Position numbers and translations under genes: made by a program | Shown: positions 1 to 9,124 of the stretch, in pieces | Position numbering within the stretch: the first letter of the stretch is position 1 | Layout of the letters: each line of letters begins with the position of its first letter | Assembly: GCA_963727525.1 (NCBI GenBank) | Contig: CAVSGO010000006.1 | Coordinates: 314,182 to 378,181 of the forward strand | Length of the DNA: 64,000 bases | From: an uncultured bacterium | Lineage (GTDB): Bacteria; Krumholzibacteriota; Krumholzibacteriia; LZORAL124-64-63 | Direction of reading: 5' to 3' | Notes under the pieces: model-generated | What the model was told of the DNA's origin: nothing | Database searches by the model: none | Seen by the model: only the letters and a program-made list of their open reading frames with translations

Positions 1-1
1 C

Positions 2-481
2 GATCTGCAGATCGTGTTCACCGGCGCCAACGCCGATGCCGGTGCGGCCCTCATCAACGCCGCTTTCATCGACGCCGCCGGCCGCGAACCGGCGCGCTGC
101 GTGTTCCGCGCCAGCCTGGGCCGGCAGCTCTTTTTCAGCGCCCTGCGCCACGCCGCCGTCATGGTGGGCAACTCGTCGGCGGGGATCATCGAGGCGCCGT
201 CGTTCGGGATACCGGTGGTGAACGTGGGCGATCGGCAGACGGGCCGCGTCATGGCCGCGTGCATCGTCCCGGCCGCCGCCACCCGCGGTGATGTGAGTGC
301 GGCGATCGCGCGGGCGCTCGATCCCGATTTTCGCGAGCGCTGCCGCGCCGTCGCCAATCCGTACGCGGGGCCGGGCGTGGGGGCCATAGGACACGCGATC
401 AAGGAGAGACTCAAGTCGTTGCCCGTGGGCCCCGAGATCATCAGAAAGCAGTTCGTCAGCCGGAAGGGTTTCGATGCGTAA
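2..481 (+). CDS. neuC: UDP-N-acetylglucosamine 2-epimerase (hydrolysing, NeuC/LegG type), C-terminal part; 5' end outside window
   Basis: Motifs 'ANADAG' and 'MVGNSSAGIIEAPSFGIPVVNVGDRQTGR', plus 'NPY' near the C-terminus; first gene of a nonulosonate cluster. Confidence 0.9.
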   Translation, partial: DLQIVFTGANADAGAALINAAFIDAAGREPARCVFRASLGRQLFFSALRHAAVMVGNSSAGIIEAPSFGIPVVNVGDRQTGRVMAACIVPAAATRGDVSAAIARALDPDFRERCRAVANPYAGPGVGAIGHAIKERLKSLPVGPEIIRKQFVSRKGFDA

Positions 482-1556
482 ATACCCCGTCGAACGCTAT
501 CTCGCCGGGCCGGAGCTGCCGATTCGCGATGCGTTGCGCCAGATCGAGGAAAGCGAGCGGCGCACCCTTTTCGTCGTGGATGGCGAACGTCGGCTGTTCG
601 GCGCGATCACCGATGGCGACATCCGTCGCTGGCTCATCGGCCGCGGCGACATCGGCGCTCCCATCGGCGACGTGTGCAACCGGCATCCCATCAGCGTGGG
701 GGCCGACTTCGACCGCGCCAACCTCGCCACGCGACTGGTGGAGCTGGGCGCGACCTGCGTGCCTCAGGTCGATGCGCAGAATCGCGTGGTGGGAGTGGTC
801 TTCTGGGAAGATGTGGTGCTCGAATCCGAGGTCGAGTCGCAGGGGCGTCAGATCGACGTGCCCGTGGTCATCATGGCCGGCGGCCGCGGCACGCGCATGC
901 AGCCGTTCACCCAGGTGCTGCCCAAGCCCCTCCTGCCCATCGGCGACAAGACCATCCTCGAGCTGATCATCGATCGCTTCGTGAAGCACGGCATCCGGCG
1001 CTTCTGGCTGACGATCAACTACAAGGCCAACCTCTTGCGCGCCTACTTCCAGGACCTACCCCGCAGCTACGAGGTGGCGTTCGTGGAGGAGGAGATGCCG
1101 CTGGGCACGGCCGGCAGCCTCGCCCTCATTCAAGAGCAGCTGCCCGGCCCGTTCATCCTGACCAACTGCGACAACATCATCGAGGCCGACTTCGCCGACC
1201 TCATGGCTCAGCATGCGCAGCAGCGCAACGACGTCACCATGGTCGTGTCGCTGAAGAAGTACAAGATTCCCTACGGCGTGTGCGAGATCGAGTCGGGCGG
1301 GCAGCTCAAGGGCATCCGCGAGAAGCCGGAATTCGACCACCTCGTCAACACCGGCATGTACGTGCTGTCGCCCGCCGTGCTGGCGCACATTCCGGCCGGG
1401 CGCGTCTTCCACATGACGGATCTGATCGTAGCCGTCCAGTCGGCCGGTGGCCGCGTGGGCGTGTACCCCATCGGCGAGGGTGCCTGGCTCGACACCGGCG
1501 AGTGGGCCGAATACAAGCGCACGCTGCAGCTCTTCGAGTCGCGGCTGAGCCAATGA
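474..1556 (+). CDS. CBS-domain sugar-phosphate nucleotidyltransferase (PtmE-like)
   Basis: N-terminal CBS pair ('GAITDGDIRRWL'), then NTP-transferase motifs 'IMAGGRGTRMQPFT..LPKPLLPIG', 'EEMPLGTAGSL', 'WLDTG'; overlaps the neuC stop. Confidence 0.9.
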   Translation: MRKYPVERYLAGPELPIRDALRQIEESERRTLFVVDGERRLFGAITDGDIRRWLIGRGDIGAPIGDVCNRHPISVGADFDRANLATRLVELGATCVPQVDAQNRVVGVVFWEDVVLESEVESQGRQIDVPVVIMAGGRGTRMQPFTQVLPKPLLPIGDKTILELIIDRFVKHGIRRFWLTINYKANLLRAYFQDLPRSYEVAFVEEEMPLGTAGSLALIQEQLPGPFILTNCDNIIEADFADLMAQHAQQRNDVTMVVSLKKYKIPYGVCEIESGGQLKGIREKPEFDHLVNTGMYVLSPAVLAHIPAGRVFHMTDLIVAVQSAGGRVGVYPIGEGAWLDTGEWAEYKRTLQLFESRLSQ

Positions 1557-1569
1557 TCAGGAGACGACC

Positions 1570-2271
1570 ATGATCGACGGCAAGCCGGTCATCGCCATCG
1601 TGCCCGCCCGCGGCGGCAGCAAGGGCATACCGCGCAAGAACCTGCAACTGCTCGGAGGCCAGACGCTGCTCGAGCGCGCCATCGCCATCGGCCACGCCAC
1701 ATCGGCCGTCGACCGTATCATCGTCTCCACCGACAATGCCGAGATCGCCGCCGTCGGCCGAGCCGCGGGCGCCGACATCCACGATCGCCCGGCCGCGCTG
1801 GCCACCGACGGGGCCAAGGTGATCGAGGCCCTGCGCCACCTCTGCGATACCATGCTGGACGGACGAGGCGCGGGCGACGCGTTGCTCGTACTCCTCGAGC
1901 CCACGTGCCCGTTGCGTGCGGTGGAGGACGTGACGGCCTGCATCGAGCGCCTCGCCGCGGGCGGCTGCGACAGCGTGGCCACATTCACCCAGGCGGCCAC
2001 CAATCCCTGGCGTGCCTGGCACCTGGACGGCGACCAGCCGCGCTATTTCGTGGAGGGTGCCAACCCCTGGCTTCCGCGGCAGAAGCTACCGGCGGCCTAC
2101 GAGCTGACGGGCGCCGTCTACGCATTCTGGCGCGCGAACCTGCTCGATGTGCGCAACGAGGTGCTCTGCGGTGCGATTCGCGCCGTGCTGCTGCCGCCGG
2201 AGCGCTCGCTCGACATCGACACGTTGATCGATCTGGATGTGGCCGAGGCGCTGCTGCGCCGCGGCCGCTGA
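1570..2271 (+). CDS. neuA: acylneuraminate (CMP-nonulosonate) cytidylyltransferase
   Basis: 'IVPARGGSKGIPRKN', 'IVSTD', 'LEPTCPLR', 'SLDIDT..D' motifs; GGAG RBS. Confidence 0.92.
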   Translation: MIDGKPVIAIVPARGGSKGIPRKNLQLLGGQTLLERAIAIGHATSAVDRIIVSTDNAEIAAVGRAAGADIHDRPAALATDGAKVIEALRHLCDTMLDGRGAGDALLVLLEPTCPLRAVEDVTACIERLAAGGCDSVATFTQAATNPWRAWHLDGDQPRYFVEGANPWLPRQKLPAAYELTGAVYAFWRANLLDVRNEVLCGAIRAVLLPPERSLDIDTLIDLDVAEALLRRGR

Positions 2272-2295
2272 ACCTCAACCGTCGAGGATGTGACC

Positions 2296-3111
2296 ATGAA
2301 CAAGCCGATGGCAGACAAGACGATCCACGAACTGCTCGACCTCACGGGCCGCACCGCGGTGGTCACCGGCGGCGCCGGCTTCCTGGGTACGGCCATGAGC
2401 AGCACCTTCGCCGAGCTTGGCGCCAACGTGGTGATCGCCAGCCGCGACCTCGAGAAGTGCAAGACGCGCTGCAAGGAGATCAAGGACCGCGTGGGCGGAC
2501 CCGGTCGCCTCCTACCCCTGCACCTCGACCTGCTCGACAGGGCGTCGATCGACAACCTCGTGGCCGCGGTGGTGAAGGAGTTCGGCGGCATCGACATCCT
2601 GGTGAACAACGCCTGGTCGGGCAACAAGAACTCGTGGGAGTCGATCGACGACAAGGACTGGAACTACGACATCGACATGTCCCTCAACTCCGTGTTCCGC
2701 ATCGTGAAGTCGGCATTCGAGACACTGAAGGACCGCCGCGGCGTGGTGCTCAACATCACCTCGATGTACGGCCACATCGGCCCAGATTACAGGATGTACG
2801 ACGGCAAGCAGTTCGCCAACCCACCCAGCTACGGTGCGGCCAAGGCCGGCGTGCTGCAGTTCACGCGCTACCTCGCCAGCTTCCTGTCGCCTCACGGCAT
2901 CCGTGTGAACGCGCTCAGCCCGGGCGCTTTTCCGCACCCGCCCACGCGCGAGCACACGGCCTTCATGGAGCGACTGAGCGAGCACAACCCGATGAACCGC
3001 CTCGGCGACCCGCACGAGCTGAAGGGCGCCGTCGCCCTGCTTTGCTCGGACGCCGGCAGCTACATGACCGGCCAGAACGTGTGCGTCGACGGCGGCTGGA
3101 CGATTTGGTAG
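2296..3111 (+). CDS. SDR-family oxidoreductase (PtmA-like)
   Basis: 'VTGGAGFLG', 'LVNNA', 'SMYG', catalytic 'YGAAK', '[12 protein letters not shown]'. Confidence 0.9.
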   Translation: MNKPMADKTIHELLDLTGRTAVVTGGAGFLGTAMSSTFAELGANVVIASRDLEKCKTRCKEIKDRVGGPGRLLPLHLDLLDRASIDNLVAAVVKEFGGIDILVNNAWSGNKNSWESIDDKDWNYDIDMSLNSVFRIVKSAFETLKDRRGVVLNITSMYGHIGPDYRMYDGKQFANPPSYGAAKAGVLQFTRYLASFLSPHGIRVNALSPGAFPHPPTREHTAFMERLSEHNPMNRLGDPHELKGAVALLCSDAGSYMTGQNVCVDGGWTIW

Positions 3112-3113
3112 CC

Positions 3114-4400
3114 ATGCCCACGCCCCTGGACATGGTGCAGTACCTGGCCCCGTTGCGGCGGGTGATCTGCGCGCCCGACTACGACTGCGCCATTACCTAC
3201 CTGTGTGAGCAGCTGTCCTTCGTGGTGCACGCCTACTCCTCGGAGGAGTCGCACAACGGCTGGGTGGTGCCCCCGCGCTGGGAGGTGCAGGAAGCGGTGA
3301 TTCGCCACGAAGGGGCCGTCATCTACGACGGCCTCGCGCATCCGCTCGGCGTGATCGCGCTGTCGCGACCATTCACCGGACGCCTCTCGCTCGACGAGCT
3401 GCGTCCGCACCTGCACTACCACCACGGCGACCCCGACGCCATCCCCTTCCACTACCGCCAGCAGTTCCGCAGCTGGCACCGCGACTGGGGCTTCTGCCTG
3501 CCGAAGCGGGTGTGCGACGGGATGTCGCCCGGGGAGTACGAGGTGACGATCCGCACCGAGGAGTCGCCCGGCACCCTGCGCGTGCTCGAGTACCATCACC
3601 CCGGCCGTACGGAGGCCACCATCGTCATCGGCGCCGACCTCGATCGCCCCGGCGTGGCCAACGACGGCGTGTCGGGCTGCGCCGTGGGAGTGGAGGTGAT
3701 GCGGCGCCTGCAGGACCGCAAGACGAAGTTCAGCTACCGGCTGGTGCTCGTGCCGGGCACGCTGGGCTCGGAGTATTACCTCGGCAAGCTTCCGGTCGGA
3801 CGCCGCGAGATGCTGTTCGAAGGCGTGTTCCTGGAGATGCTCGGCACCCCCACGCAGCTCGCGCTCCAGCACTCGCGCGAGGGCCGCTCGGCCCTGGAGT
3901 CGTCGCTCGTGCGCGCCCTTGCCGACCGCGGCACCGACCACCGTACCGGCGCCTACGAGACCGTCATCATCAACGACGAACATGTGTGGGAATCGTACGG
4001 AATTCCCATGGCGTCCCTCTCTCGCTGTCCATATCCGGAATACCACTGTTCGCGCGACAATGCCGAGGCGATGCGTGCCGATTGCCTCGACGAAGCGGTG
4101 GACGTGCTCCTGGCCGCCATCGACGAGCTGGAGACCACCCAGCTCGTCACCCGCCTGTTCCGTGGCACGATCTGCCTCTCGAACCCCCGGTACGACCTGT
4201 ACGTGGACCCGGGCGAGCCGGTGTTCGGCACGGCGGCCCCCGACACGAGGCTCAACCTGCGCCGGCTGATGGACCTGATCCCCACCCTCGACCGCCCGAC
4301 CACGACCCGCGATCTGGCGGCGCGCGTAGGCCTACCGGAGACCGAGGTGCAGGCATACCTGGCGAAGTGGGCGGCGAAGGGGTTGGTGCAGATCGACTAG
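3114..4400 (+). CDS. DUF4910-type (M28 aminopeptidase-like fold) protein with C-terminal winged HTH, found in glycan clusters
   Basis: True start is the ATG at 3114, just after the SDR stop; 'NGWVVPPRW', 'LRPHLH', 'RDWGFCL', 'ANDGVSG', 'YPEYHCSRDN'; HTH-like tail. Confidence 0.8.
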   Translation: MPTPLDMVQYLAPLRRVICAPDYDCAITYLCEQLSFVVHAYSSEESHNGWVVPPRWEVQEAVIRHEGAVIYDGLAHPLGVIALSRPFTGRLSLDELRPHLHYHHGDPDAIPFHYRQQFRSWHRDWGFCLPKRVCDGMSPGEYEVTIRTEESPGTLRVLEYHHPGRTEATIVIGADLDRPGVANDGVSGCAVGVEVMRRLQDRKTKFSYRLVLVPGTLGSEYYLGKLPVGRREMLFEGVFLEMLGTPTQLALQHSREGRSALESSLVRALADRGTDHRTGAYETVIINDEHVWESYGIPMASLSRCPYPEYHCSRDNAEAMRADCLDEAVDVLLAAIDELETTQLVTRLFRGTICLSNPRYDLYVDPGEPVFGTAAPDTRLNLRRLMDLIPTLDRPTTTRDLAARVGLPETEVQAYLAKWAAKGLVQID

Positions 4401-4427
4401 ACGGCGTGGGTGCCTCGTCTCGACCGC

Positions 4428-4528
4428 GGCAAGCGCAGCGTGCCCACATCCTCCCACACCCGTTCGCCGCCCACGCCCTGAGCCGCAACTCCAGAGGCGT
4501 CATGAGCCCCCTCGATCAAGACGGTTGA
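4428..4528 (+). pseudogene. degenerate C-terminal remnant of an integron integrase (tyrosine recombinase)
   Basis: 4445-4528 reads HILPHPFAAHALSRNSRGVMSPLDQDG*, resembling IntI box II 'HTLRHSFAT(H)' joined directly to the IntI C-terminus 'HVL..G..GV.SPLD'. Confidence 0.6.
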
Positions 4529-4598
4529 AAACCTCTCCCCACCGCCGTATCCTCATCCCCGGGGAACGACCCGCTACCCACCAACCGCGGTTTCACGA

Positions 4599-4627
4599 CG
4601 TCCCGCGGCCCCCGGGACCGCGGGACG
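4599..4627 (+). terminator. GC-rich hairpin
   Basis: Perfect 10-bp inverted repeat CGTCCCGCGG / CCGCGGGACG; no clear U-tract. Confidence 0.4.
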
Positions 4628-4745
4628 CCAAAGGCGAGCACCCTCGCCCCACCCTGCTCGCTCGCATATCGCGCGACACAGACCTCGCCAGTTCTCCACA
4701 CAGGTCTGCGTACCGCAATATCGAGGTCGTTGGAAATGGAGTGAA

Positions 4746-5621
4746 ATGGGTTGGGACAAAGTGAGGGGTTTCGTGGAATTGGCGCGACAAGAGCGACTTG
4801 ACCGTCTTCGTGACTTCGTGGTGGTTGCGTGCCTGGCAGCTGCGACCGCAACATGCAGTTCGGTCCACGCCAACGTTGAAGATACAACAGTAGTCCTGAT
4901 CGGAACGCTGCACGGATATCATGACAAGTCTATGACGTATTCGACAACCGATCTTCGCGACATCATCATCGCGCTAGATCCTGCCGCTATACTTTGCGAA
5001 CTACCACCGACCATGGATGGTCTTCCTACGACTACCGATGGCCGAATCCGTCCGTGCTTTGACGGCAATGAGGATATCGCCGTGAATCAGGCTGCCGACT
5101 CACTGCATGTGCCTGCCCTTCCTTACGACCGTGATCGTAGGAATGAGAGATACCGGGAGACCAGGTATTTCGAACGCGAGAAGTTTGCGTTTCAGCAGCT
5201 GGCCGAGTGGTCTGGTCAAAGCGATGGAGACTCGGCATCGGCCGCTTGCGGTGTCGCTCTCGACTGTTTGGAAAACGTTCAGCGTGCGCAGATGGAGCTG
5301 GCCGTCCACGCTGGACCGCAGGTCGTGAACTCGCAAGCTTTTGATCAGTTATCGAGAAGTACCCGATACTTGGCGTATCGGCTCATTCCGAAATTGCTTG
5401 TTGGCGCGCACATGGACACGGTTGCAACGGACCTCGAGTTCCTCTCCGGCGAATGGAAGACGCGCAATCGCGCCATGGCTGACAACATCGAACGAATCGC
5501 GGCCGGATATTCGGGCAAACGGATCGCAGTCCTTTGTGGTGCGGAGCACCGGTATATCCTCAACGGATTATTGCAAGGCAGAGATGGTATCGTGGTAGAG
5601 GAATATTATGGCGTTGAATAG
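4746..5621 (+). CDS. secreted hypothetical protein, TraB/GumN/DUF5694-like (Tiki/ChaN superfamily) putative metallohydrolase; start may be slightly later
   Basis: Signal-like hydrophobic stretch, then 'VVLIGTLH', 'AILCE', 'RNRAMADNI', 'VLCGAEH'; codons more AT-rich than the flanks. Confidence 0.6.
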   Translation: MGWDKVRGFVELARQERLDRLRDFVVVACLAAATATCSSVHANVEDTTVVLIGTLHGYHDKSMTYSTTDLRDIIIALDPAAILCELPPTMDGLPTTTDGRIRPCFDGNEDIAVNQAADSLHVPALPYDRDRRNERYRETRYFEREKFAFQQLAEWSGQSDGDSASAACGVALDCLENVQRAQMELAVHAGPQVVNSQAFDQLSRSTRYLAYRLIPKLLVGAHMDTVATDLEFLSGEWKTRNRAMADNIERIAAGYSGKRIAVLCGAEHRYILNGLLQGRDGIVVEEYYGVE

Positions 5622-5989
5622 TCGTCGTGCGCACGACCACACACCTGATCGTTGGAATAGCCCGCCCGCACCATGCCCGCGCTGATGAAACACCCGACCT
5701 CGCATAGTTTGGTGGAGGGGGCGGGCAAGGAAAGCTGTTCAGTAACCTACAACATCTCGCACTTGGTCTCGCGAACAGAGTCGGGGGTGACAGGACGGGG
5801 CGATTCCGCAAACGACGGCGGCGACTCGTACCGCTGGGTGGGCGACCATTCTTGTTGTGGTCCTCGGCACGCTTTGGCGCTCGGCGGTTCCGCCGGACCT
5901 GGTGTCGGGCGAGTGGCGGCTGCTCGGATCCATGGTGCGGGCGCGCTTGATCCGGCGCTGCCGTGGACAACGGAGAGGGGGCCTCGCAA

Positions 5990-6424
5990 ATGGCACGAGC
6001 GTTGGTGGTTGCCGTGATTGGCGCCGTTATTGTCCTCGTTTCGGCTTGTAGCGGATATCGAGAATTCCCGCGTCCGTGGAATAGTGGGCCGGTGGGCGGG
6101 GAATTCGAGACGGGAAGTGTTCTCCACGTCGGCGATCGATTGCGGCTGGTCTCGTTGGATGGCAGGGTCGCGGGGGGAATCCTCGTCGAACTCGATGAGT
6201 TCGCGATCACACTCGTGGACACATCTGACGTTGCTCGTCTGGTTTCGACTCCGGTCGACCAGGTCGAACGCCTCGAGGTCTATCGGTCCGGAATTTCCGG
6301 CAAATCGATGCGTACGATTGCGGTCGCAGGGGCAGTGTCTGCAGTGATCTACGCAATTGTGGAATCCGAGTCCGGCTCGGCGTTCCGTCCTGAAGCCGGC
6401 GCGCCGTCGAAATTGCCAAGGTAG
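5990..6424 (+). CDS. hypothetical lipoprotein
   Basis: Signal peptide with lipobox 'VSAC'; GGAG/GGGG RBS; hydrophobic segment near the C-terminus. Confidence 0.6.
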   Translation: MARALVVAVIGAVIVLVSACSGYREFPRPWNSGPVGGEFETGSVLHVGDRLRLVSLDGRVAGGILVELDEFAITLVDTSDVARLVSTPVDQVERLEVYRSGISGKSMRTIAVAGAVSAVIYAIVESESGSAFRPEAGAPSKLPR

Positions 6425-6504
6425 CGAACTCTCGCCGACTTTGCGGCTGAACGTGGCGGCGGCGCTTCCACCGACGTCGAACGTACGAATCCTGGGAGAG
6501 ACCC

Positions 6505-6789
6505 ATGCGAGACTCCGTTCCGAAGGCTCGATTTCTTGCCGCCGCCGTCGTGGGCATGGTCGTGATTGCCGCAGTCGGTGGTCTTCTCTATGGCGTGGTG
6601 TTTGCGGGCTTCATCAAGGCAAACCTCGAACCGGTGAATGGCGTCATGAAAGCTCCCGAGTTTCTCTGGGTGGGGCTGGCCCATGTCCCGTTCGGGTTGC
6701 TGCTTGCGTTGCTGGTGTTGTGGAGGGGGGAACTCTCGGCGCGCGGTGGCGAAAAACGAGTGCGATGGGGTTCTCGCAATGAGGCGTGA
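6505..6789 (+). CDS. small integral membrane protein, possibly 3'-truncated
   Basis: Two TM helices, then loss of hydrophobic character after 'ARGG'; GGGAGAG RBS. Confidence 0.5.
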   Translation: MRDSVPKARFLAAAVVGMVVIAAVGGLLYGVVFAGFIKANLEPVNGVMKAPEFLWVGLAHVPFGLLLALLVLWRGELSARGGEKRVRWGSRNEA

Positions 6790-7165
6790 GCGGCAGGAAA
6801 GCCCGGAAGCCGAGACGTCGACGCCGGCGTCACGGCACTCGCGTCATGGCGCGATATTCACCGTGCTGGCTGTCGTTCTCGGCCTTGGCATCGGGTGGCT
6901 CGACCTGCATACCACCGAGGTTGTCGTGACGGTTCTCGCCCTGCTGCTGGCCGGCCTGCTCCTCGGCCTCCTGCAGCCGACGGCGGCATGGCGCTTGGCG
7001 GTGCTGCTCGCGCTGGGGCTGCCCGCCATGGCGCTCGCAGGCCAGCTTCTTCGCCTGCACACATCCGAACCGATCCACGGTGATCTGCGCGTTGTCATGG
7101 TCGCTTTCGCATTCGCGTTGGTCGGTTGCTACGGCGGTGTCATGATTCGTCGGAATGTCGCGTAG
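6779..7165 (+). CDS. hypothetical membrane protein (about 4 TM)
   Basis: Four hydrophobic segments ('GLGIGWLD', 'LLLGLLQP..AWR'); ATG overlaps the previous ORF. Confidence 0.65.
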   Translation: MRRERQESPEAETSTPASRHSRHGAIFTVLAVVLGLGIGWLDLHTTEVVVTVLALLLAGLLLGLLQPTAAWRLAVLLALGLPAMALAGQLLRLHTSEPIHGDLRVVMVAFAFALVGCYGGVMIRRNVA

Positions 7166-7208
7166 CGTGCTGGCGCCTCCATGAATGCGCATGGTCGGCC
7201 GAGGCGAG

Positions 7209-7280
7209 ATGTGCAAGACACGCAGCATGTGCAAGACACGCAGCATGTGCAAGACACGCAGCATGTGCAAGACACGCAGC
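7209..7280. repeat. 18-bp tandem repeat (ATGTGCAAGACACGCAGC) x4, followed by degenerate copies
   Basis: Four exact head-to-tail units start at 7209, 7227, 7245 and 7263; diverged units run to about 7320. Confidence 0.95.
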
Positions 7281-7462
7281 GACCATGATGAAGACACAGA
7301 GCGACATGTCGCAGAACACTGGATCACCACCGCGCCTGACAGATGCCGGCCTCGACGGGAACCCACTGCGGGCCATCGGCCATCGCGAGGGAGAAACGCC
7401 CGACCCGGTCAAGCCGGCGAGATCAGGGGCCTGGAAACCCGAAGGGCGTGTGCGTCCCGGGT

Positions 7463-7936
7463 TCAGCCCTGCGCCTTGTTCTTCATCATCTCCTGCATGC
7501 GCTTCTGCAACTCCGGGGGCGCGACATCCTCCACGTGGGTGGCGATGTTCCACGCGTGGCCGAACGGATCGGTGAGCATACCCGAGCGATCGCCGTAGAA
7601 CTGGTTCTCCACGGGGCGGGTCTGCGTGGCTCCGGCGTTGATCGCGCGCTCGAACACGGTATCGACGTCGTCGACATAGATCAGCAGGCTGACGGACATG
7701 CGGGTGTCACCCGTCGGCGCGAAGCAGCCCATCTGGGGCGCCTCGTCGGCCAGCATCACGCGGCCGTGACCGATCTTCAGCTCGGCGTGGCCGATCTTGC
7801 CGTTGGGCGCCGGCATGCGCATCGTCTCCTTCGCGTCGAAAGCGCTCGTGTAGAAGTCGATCGCCTTCGCGGCGTCCTTGACGATCAGATACGGCGTCAC
7901 GGCCTCATAGCCCTCGGGGATCTTGCGAATGGTCAT
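7463..7936 (-). CDS. VOC/glyoxalase (PhnB-like) family protein
   Basis: 'IPEGY..VTPYL', 'IGHAELKIG', 'QFYGDRSG.LTDPFGHAW'; GAGGAGG RBS. Confidence 0.92.
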   Translation of the reverse strand: MTIRKIPEGYEAVTPYLIVKDAAKAIDFYTSAFDAKETMRMPAPNGKIGHAELKIGHGRVMLADEAPQMGCFAPTGDTRMSVSLLIYVDDVDTVFERAINAGATQTRPVENQFYGDRSGMLTDPFGHAWNIATHVEDVAPPELQKRMQEMMKNKAQG

Positions 7937-8121
7937 GGTAGCGTGGCCTCCTCTTCGGTTTGGGGGAAGAGGACAAGAAACATCGGGTCTGGCGGAACCG
8001 CATCGCGCGTGCGTCGAACGCGTTGATCATGTCGTGTCATCCGAATCGGGGCGGCTGGATGAGACACGAAGAAAAGGTGGTCGCGACATGCGACCACCTT
8101 CGATCGTGTGACGAGCCACGC

Positions 8122-8817
8122 TCAGAACGTCACCACCGCCCCCGCCGCGTACGACCACATGGATGTGGCGCTCTCGGTGGGTGAGAAGACCGGGCGGTCG
8201 TCGACCAGCGCGATATCGCCCTCGGTGAGGTACTTCGCCTTGGCACCGTGCTGGTAGGTGGCGCCCAGGTCGAGGTACACGCCCGGCTTCTTCGCGCCGT
8301 GGTCACCGTCGCGCAGGCGGATGAGCAGGCCGGCGCCGACGCTGGAGAATGCGGCCGTGTCATCGTAGTTGGTCTTGTGGGCGATCTCGTCGTCGTGCCA
8401 CCAGCCGTCATCCTCGAGCTTGGACTCGGTCCACAGATAATTCAGGCCCAGACGCGCCTCGCCGTACGGTTGCACCGCGCCCGAGAGCGGCTGCACGCGG
8501 GCGAAGAGATAGCCGCCGGCCAGGTTGTTGGTGGTGGTGAGGTCGAAGCCGTCGACCAGCGGCAGTTCCTGGTGGGTGGACTCGCTGCCGTAGATCATGC
8601 CGTGCAGGCCGAGGCCGACCGTGATCCCCTGCCGCACGCGCACGCCGTAGTGAGCGTCGAGGCCGTAGCCCGCGCCGTCGATGGCGTCGCCGAAGGCGCC
8701 CTGAGGTTCGGCGACGATGAACTGCAGGCCGCCCTCCTGCTCGATGGCCACCGCGTGGATGGCCACGATGGCGACGACGGAGACGATCACGATCCTGGTG
8801 GCGATGGCGATTCTCAT
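8122..8817 (-). CDS. outer-membrane beta-barrel protein
   Basis: Signal peptide, amphipathic strands ('VQPYGEARLGLNY', 'VYLDLGATY'), terminal Phe. Confidence 0.75.
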   Translation of the reverse strand: MRIAIATRIVIVSVVAIVAIHAVAIEQEGGLQFIVAEPQGAFGDAIDGAGYGLDAHYGVRVRQGITVGLGLHGMIYGSESTHQELPLVDGFDLTTTNNLAGGYLFARVQPLSGAVQPYGEARLGLNYLWTESKLEDDGWWHDDEIAHKTNYDDTAAFSSVGAGLLIRLRDGDHGAKKPGVYLDLGATYQHGAKAKYLTEGDIALVDDRPVFSPTESATSMWSYAAGAVVTF

Positions 8818-9124
8818 GGCTGGTTTCCCTTGCTTGGAGGTGGGCCGCGTGCCGACGTGTGTCGCCCGCGCGGCTGTCGTGTCATGTCGCTCGCCATATC
8901 GCGAATATCGTGCCGCGGCCGGCTCCGATGCGGGGGCGTTGCTATCGTTTTTTTCGACAACTGGTTAGACGGGTCGCGAGGAATCGACGAGGAGGCCAAC
9001 CGGTGTGCTCTTCCGTCACACTGTATCTGGCCGTCCCGCAGACCGGCCCGATTCCCACGATCGGGTCGACGTTGGCCGTCACTGCGATCCGTGCTATATA
9101 GTTGCCCCTGGATCGGAGGTCCTG

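Noticed and set aside
1905-3113. N-terminal extension making an 831-aa protein
   Set aside because: Overlaps neuA and the SDR in another frame; the real start is the ATG at 3114
5622-6504. Canonical attC sites between island genes
   Set aside because: No properly paired RYYYAAC...GTTRRRY boxes found by eye; only partial core-like words
7209-7280. CRISPR array
   Set aside because: Units are directly adjacent with no spacers, only 18 bp long, and there are no cas genes
7340-7465. Riboswitch or ncRNA
   Set aside because: Some hairpins, but it lies between convergent 3' ends and has no aptamer consensus I recognise; more likely a terminator
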